Source of the DNA: Euglena gracilis
Taxonomy: Eukaryota
NCBI GenBank assembly: GCA_039621445.1
Contig: CP154954.1
Location: forward strand, 46,789,847-46,853,846
Direction: 5' to 3'
DNA: 64,000 bases
Shown: piece after piece, positions 59,831 through 64,000 of the stretch
Numbering within the stretch: the stretch's first letter is position 1
Layout of the letters: the number at the start of each line of letters is the position of its first letter
The notes under the pieces: model-generated
Seen by the model: only the letters and a program-made list of their open reading frames with translations
Database searches by the model: none
Told to the model about the DNA's origin: nothing
Made by a program: the position numbers and the translations under genes

Positions 59831-61691
59831 TGTAGGAGGTGTGGGCCTCACCACTCCCACAACCCCCTGGCGGCTGGCCCTTGGCGCCTGCAGGCCCTGC
59901 CACTGGCTGGGATCCATCAATTCACCCAGGGGGCCTGGCACCCACCTGGGACTTTCCTTGGAACTTTTCATGGTAATCCCACTTCCCAATTCCCAGCGCT
60001 GGCACAAATCAAGATACTTCCCAGAACTGAACAACCAAAGTCAAACTGAACATGCTGCTTGCCACTGTAAACACAAACACAGACAGAATTTTGTGTAATT
60101 CCTAATTCCTCTGCTGAAATCTTAATCTCTTTCCCAGCGCCCACACTCCCCTCCTCAAAAAGCTGCCCCGGGCAGCTAAACCTGCCTTCGGCAAAAAAGG
60201 CGCTGGGAGTTTTTTTTTTTTCTTTCCGTTCACGAACACAACCTTGAATCTTTCTTTCTGTCTGTCTGTTTTTTTTTTTGTGGGGCGGGGCGGGGGTCGA
60301 AGGCCGACCCTTAGGGGGGTCGGTCTCCTACAGCAGCAGGGGGGAGCAGCAGGCACCCGCACCGCCTTGGGCCGTTCTGGCGGGGGTTCCCCCCCAGAAC
60401 AGCCCAAAGATACCCCTTGGGCCGTCATCTCTGGATTTTTTTTTTGTTTTTTCCCCTCTTTTTTGCCCTTTTTTGCCCGCCCAGAGATGGGGGTCCAGGG
60501 GCTGGGGGGGGTCCTGGGGGGGGGGCTCGCAGGTGCAGCGGGAGGGGGTTACCGCGGGGAGGGCTTCGGCCACAGGCCTGGGAGGGGGGCCCAGCCCACG
60601 CCGTCCCGGCGGGCTTCGGCCACAACGCCTGAGGGCTTCGGCCCAGGCATACGGGAGGGGGACCCAGCCCACACCATCCCGGCGGGCTTCGGCCACAGCT
60701 GGTGAGGGCTTCGGCCCAGGGCATGCGGGAGGGGGACCCAGCCCACACCATCCCAGGCAGGGCTTCGGCCTCAGCCCCTCGGGGCCTCCTTCGCCTTCTG
60801 TCGGCGCTCCTTCCTTCTCCTTCCTCTTGACTTCTCCGGCGAGCCTCCGCCCTCGCCATGCCCCACTGGGGCCCAATGCCAACTTCCGTCATCACCATCT
60901 CCCGAATGTCCATCTCGACCATCTCCATGTCTGGAATGTCCATCTCGACCATCTCCATGTCTGGAATGTCCATCTCGCCCATCCGCATGTCTGGAATGTC
61001 CATCTCTGGCATTTCCATCCTGGGCATTCCCGTCTCTGGCATTTCCATCCTTGGCATTCGCATCTCTGGCATTTCCATCCTTGGCATTCCCGTCTCTGAC
61101 ATGTCCTTCCACATCATCCAGCCGCCTGGCATCAGAGGCCACCCTGCCATGGGCCCTGAGCCTGCCAGCAGCAGCTGCTGCTGCACGACTGGCACACCAC
61201 GAACAGCCACACTCTGCATCAAAACTTGAATAATACTCCATCAGGTTGATGTTCACTCCTTCAGTCCACGCCTTCTTGATGATCTCCTGCAGGCACATGC
61301 CATGCCTGATCCCGGCATGGCGGACAGCCGCCACGTGGCTGGTAGGCATGTTGTTAGACTGGCAGTGTTCAGTTTGTGTAGGGGGTGTGGGCCTCACCAC
61401 TCCCACAACCCCCTGGCGGCTGGCCCTTGGCGCCTGCAGGCCCTGCCACTGGCTGGGATCCATCAATTCACCCAGGGGGCCTGGCACCCACCTGGGACTT
61501 TCCTTGGAACTTTTCATGGTAATCCCACTTCCCAATTCCCAGCGCTGGCACAAATCAAGATACTTCCCAGAACTGAACAACCAAAGTCAAACTGAACATG
61601 CTGCTTGCCACTGTAAACACAAACACAGACAGAATTTTGTGTAATTCCTAATTCCTCTGCTGAAATCTTAATCTCTTTCCCAGCGCCCACA
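59831..61691 (-). mobile_element. Small non-autonomous LTR element 2 (TRIM/LARD-like), 1861 bp
   Basis: 315-bp TG...CA LTRs (59831-60145 and 61377-61691; one difference seen); 4-bp TSD CCCT; PPT GAGGAGGGGAG at 60146-60156; removing it restores the CRE ORF. Confidence 0.92.
60771..61517 (-). CDS. Hypothetical 248-aa ORF of LTR element 2 (CxCxWC motif + RDGNA/RDGHSRHG repeats)
   Basis: ATG inside the LTR; open to 60771; 15/30-bp tandem repeats at ~60893-61105. Confidence 0.45.
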   Translation of the reverse strand: MKSSKESPRWVPGPLGELMDPSQWQGLQAPRASRQGVVGVVRPTPPTQTEHCQSNNMPTSHVAAVRHAGIRHGMCLQEIIKKAWTEGVNINLMEYYSSFDAECGCSWCASRAAAAAAGRLRAHGRVASDARRLDDVEGHVRDGNAKDGNARDANAKDGNARDGNAQDGNARDGHSRHADGRDGHSRHGDGRDGHSRHGDGRDGHSGDGDDGSWHWAPVGHGEGGGSPEKSRGRRRKERRQKAKEAPRG

Positions 61692-64000
61692 CCCTGATCC
61701 TGGATTGTTTTGGTGGCATTGGAGATGAGGGCAGAATCTTTTTGGGGACCTGCATCAGAGCCATCCTGGGGCAGAAGGAGCCCTGGGAAAGAAGATCCTG
61801 CGAAGCAGAGTGCTGGCAAGGACTATGCATTGTGTTGGCCCGAGAAGTGGGTCGACAACTGTCGTGGGCTCAATGCCTGGGATCTGAAGATATGCAAAGT
61901 CCTGTTCTGGCGCATCAACCTTATAATCTGGATTAAAGCACAACTTGCAGGAGGACACAAAGAATGTTTCCCGCAGACTGCTGAAAATCAAAGGCTCCTG
62001 CTGAGGCCGTCCCACAACAATGATGAACAGCAGTATAGTATGTAAGCAACATACCACAATTTGGGACAGCAGCCAGAACCGACAAAGATCGGAAATCCAG
62101 CATATGACACACAAAAAACCGGTTTGAGAATACTTCATGAGCTCCTCCGGTCCCCCCATCACCGGCCCATCACCCTTGCTCTATAAAAAAACAGCTTGCA
62201 TTTGCATTGCACACGATTCTCATTGTATCCGACCCAGAAACGATGAGTCACAAAAGCCTGGTCTGAAAACACTTCATCTTCACGCAAGAAGACAAAACAG
62301 GTTTTGGCCCACCAAGCTGGCCCATTCAGGGACCATGTAATTTGAGGCACCGCCAACCACTCGAGTGGGTTAGGACCGACAAAGATCGGAAAAACACACA
62401 TGAGACACAAAAAGGTCGACAACGGCCCACTTACCCTGTGACAGATATCAAGTTGTGTATTGTAAATTACTCTCACCTCCACAACCTCGCTTTTTGTGAA
62501 CTGTGCAGAACTGTGTTTTATTTTTCTTTTTCTGTCGCCTGGCCCACCGGGGCTCGCCGCCAACACTGCTTGCGAACTGAAATACTTGCTCGTTGGCACA
62601 GATCCACGAGGGAATCTCATAGGCAGTTTTGTCTCTCTGTTATCCGTTTTTGCGGCACGTCAGAAGGTGGTCACCAAAAGGATCAATGGAGTCCGAACAG
62701 AGGGGGCAGGAGCAATTCAGTTGAGGGGATGAGGGGTAAACCAATCCAAAACCTCAGCAACACGCGATATTCATCAGCAGCAAGAACTGAATGACTGTGA
62801 ACTGAATCAATGTTGACTGCGCGGGAGGGCAAGACGGACATCTAGTTTTGGAGGGAAGAAGGAGGTTGGTAGAAATGGCGGGCAATGTCACGTGGAGGGG
62901 CGCTGTCTTCCAGTTTTGCAAACGGATTGCATGCATGCGCTCGGCCCACCACGTTTGTGAAGCATGATCGGGGGTGGAGAGGGCCAAAGGGGCAGGATTA
63001 GCCAACCATGTTGCCAACGGCTCGCTTCGGGAGCCTAAGGTATCGCAGGATGCCAACGCCAGTGGGAGGGTGTCCGGCAGCAGGGCTGGGAGGTATAGGT
63101 CAAAGTCCTCTACCGCTATCTGACCCACCTCTACCTTCATCTCTACCTCTATGTCACCTCTATGTCCACAAAATGTCATAAACTGGCGCCAATGAGGCCA
63201 CAAAAGGCTCCAAATGCCTCAAATTTGGCAAATTAGCATCTCAACACATCTTATTTAGGTTGGGAATGAGAAAAAGTATTTGGATGGGTGTTTCAAAAAT
63301 TACCATAAGAGATTTCTGACAATTTCTGTGTTTTCCCCTAAAATTGCCTTCATTCGGCATAACTTTGCTTTGATAAGCCACTTTCCTTAAAAGTTTGACA
63401 TTGAGGTGAGGGATAGTAGAGGTAGAGGTGGCCGCAACCTCTACCTCCACCTCTAACTCCATCCCTCTAACTCTTGTAGACCGTTGGGGGTCGTCAACGG
63501 TCTAAGGGGGGGGGGAAGCACCCAAAGGACCATTTTTCAAAGTCGCGCACAACATCGCTAAGTGCGCGCTTAAATTCACTTTTTGGAAACCTTCCAATTC
63601 ATTCTCGAGTTAGAACAAAAACCCCAAAGGTAGCTAATTATCCCCATTTCACAGACATTTGTGGGGTTTTTTTTATTGACCATTATCCGAAGTTGAAGTT
63701 TTGGAAGCGGAATTCAAGTCATCAAGGTTTCTTGGATATTTGACAACTATTTGAATTCTACGGTGGAAGTGGATTGATTCAATTGTGACAGGGGACTTTC
63801 CAACTGCCGGACGCCCTCCGGCCACCTTTTTGACCCATTCCGCTGTGTGTGGACTTCCGGATATCGGTGTTGGTGTGTGGCATTCTTTGTGCTATTTGCA
63901 TTTTTTTGGGTTGGCAAACCAAAGTTCATACATTTCGAAGGATAGCACCAAAGGTTTTCAATGGGAGTTTGGGGAATTTTTGAAATGTTGTTTCCGATCC

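Larger units (their letters stand above)
58011..62513 (+). mobile_element. 5'-truncated CRE/SLACS-clade non-LTR retrotransposon (RT + CCHC + restriction-like endonuclease)
   Basis: 9-bp TSD TGTTTTATT (58002-58010 and 62514-62522); ORF starts at (I)AAGEVLRRL; 3'UTR 61937-62513. Confidence 0.88.
55932..62565 (-). mobile_element. Small non-autonomous LTR element 1 carrying an adenine methyltransferase; LTR-like repeats 55932-56232 and 57752-58010 + 62514-62565
   Basis: ~300-bp near-identical direct repeats starting TGTTGG on the minus strand; PPT GGAGGGGAG abuts the downstream repeat (56233-56241); no gag/pol; no TSD found (left junction is deleted). Confidence 0.75.
55300..63110 (-). mobile_element. 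Old, degenerate CRE/SLACS-clade non-LTR retrotransposon (pieces at ~62566-63110 and ~55300-55931)
   Basis: Minus strand reads SQTWW, CPLCSDSIDPFGDHLLTC (zinc knuckle) and RQNCL*DSL. Beyond the insertion it reads DADLTIEHPLGPS, AELDK and IVTRQVG, colinear with the plus-strand CRE ORF. Confidence 0.72.

Noticed and set aside
57816-60098. 760-aa ORF as one full-length RT protein
   Set aside because: It is chimeric read-through. The first ~64 aa are antisense LTR 1 and the last ~89 aa are LTR 2; the true C-terminus lies at 61696-61936.
55932-62565. DIRS/Ngaro element with split direct repeats
   Set aside because: No tyrosine recombinase or DIRS-type RT/RNase H. The repeats are explained by nested LTR elements with PPTs, and by TSDs for element 2 and the young CRE.

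Overview
Eukaryotic, repeat-rich nuclear DNA, most likely from a euglenid (Euglena-like). The evidence is a mix of GT-AG introns and non-conventional stem-forming introns, TTAGGG repeats and probable trans-splice acceptors. Two split genes on the minus strand can be rebuilt by hand with continuous reading frames. (1) A ~674-aa dynamin-related GTPase (Drp1/Dnm1/Vps1-like): 14147-38578, ~16 exons, 3 non-conventional introns. (2) A ~506-aa RecB/Cas4-like PD-(D/E)XK nuclease with a putative plastid-targeting leader: 2439-12619, ~16 exons, ~11 non-conventional introns. Introns and the 38.6-55 kb region are packed with hAT-type (8-bp TSD) and TA-flanked MITEs, transposase relics, microsatellites, an interstitial telomeric array and tRNA-like relics. 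At 55-63 kb is a four-layer nest: an old CRE/SLACS-type non-LTR retrotransposon contains a small LTR element with an intact DNA N6-adenine methyltransferase ORF, which contains a young 5'-truncated CRE element, which contains a second small LTR element with a Tf1-like self-priming signature. All coordinates were read by eye, and some splice junctions can slide by a few nucleotides.
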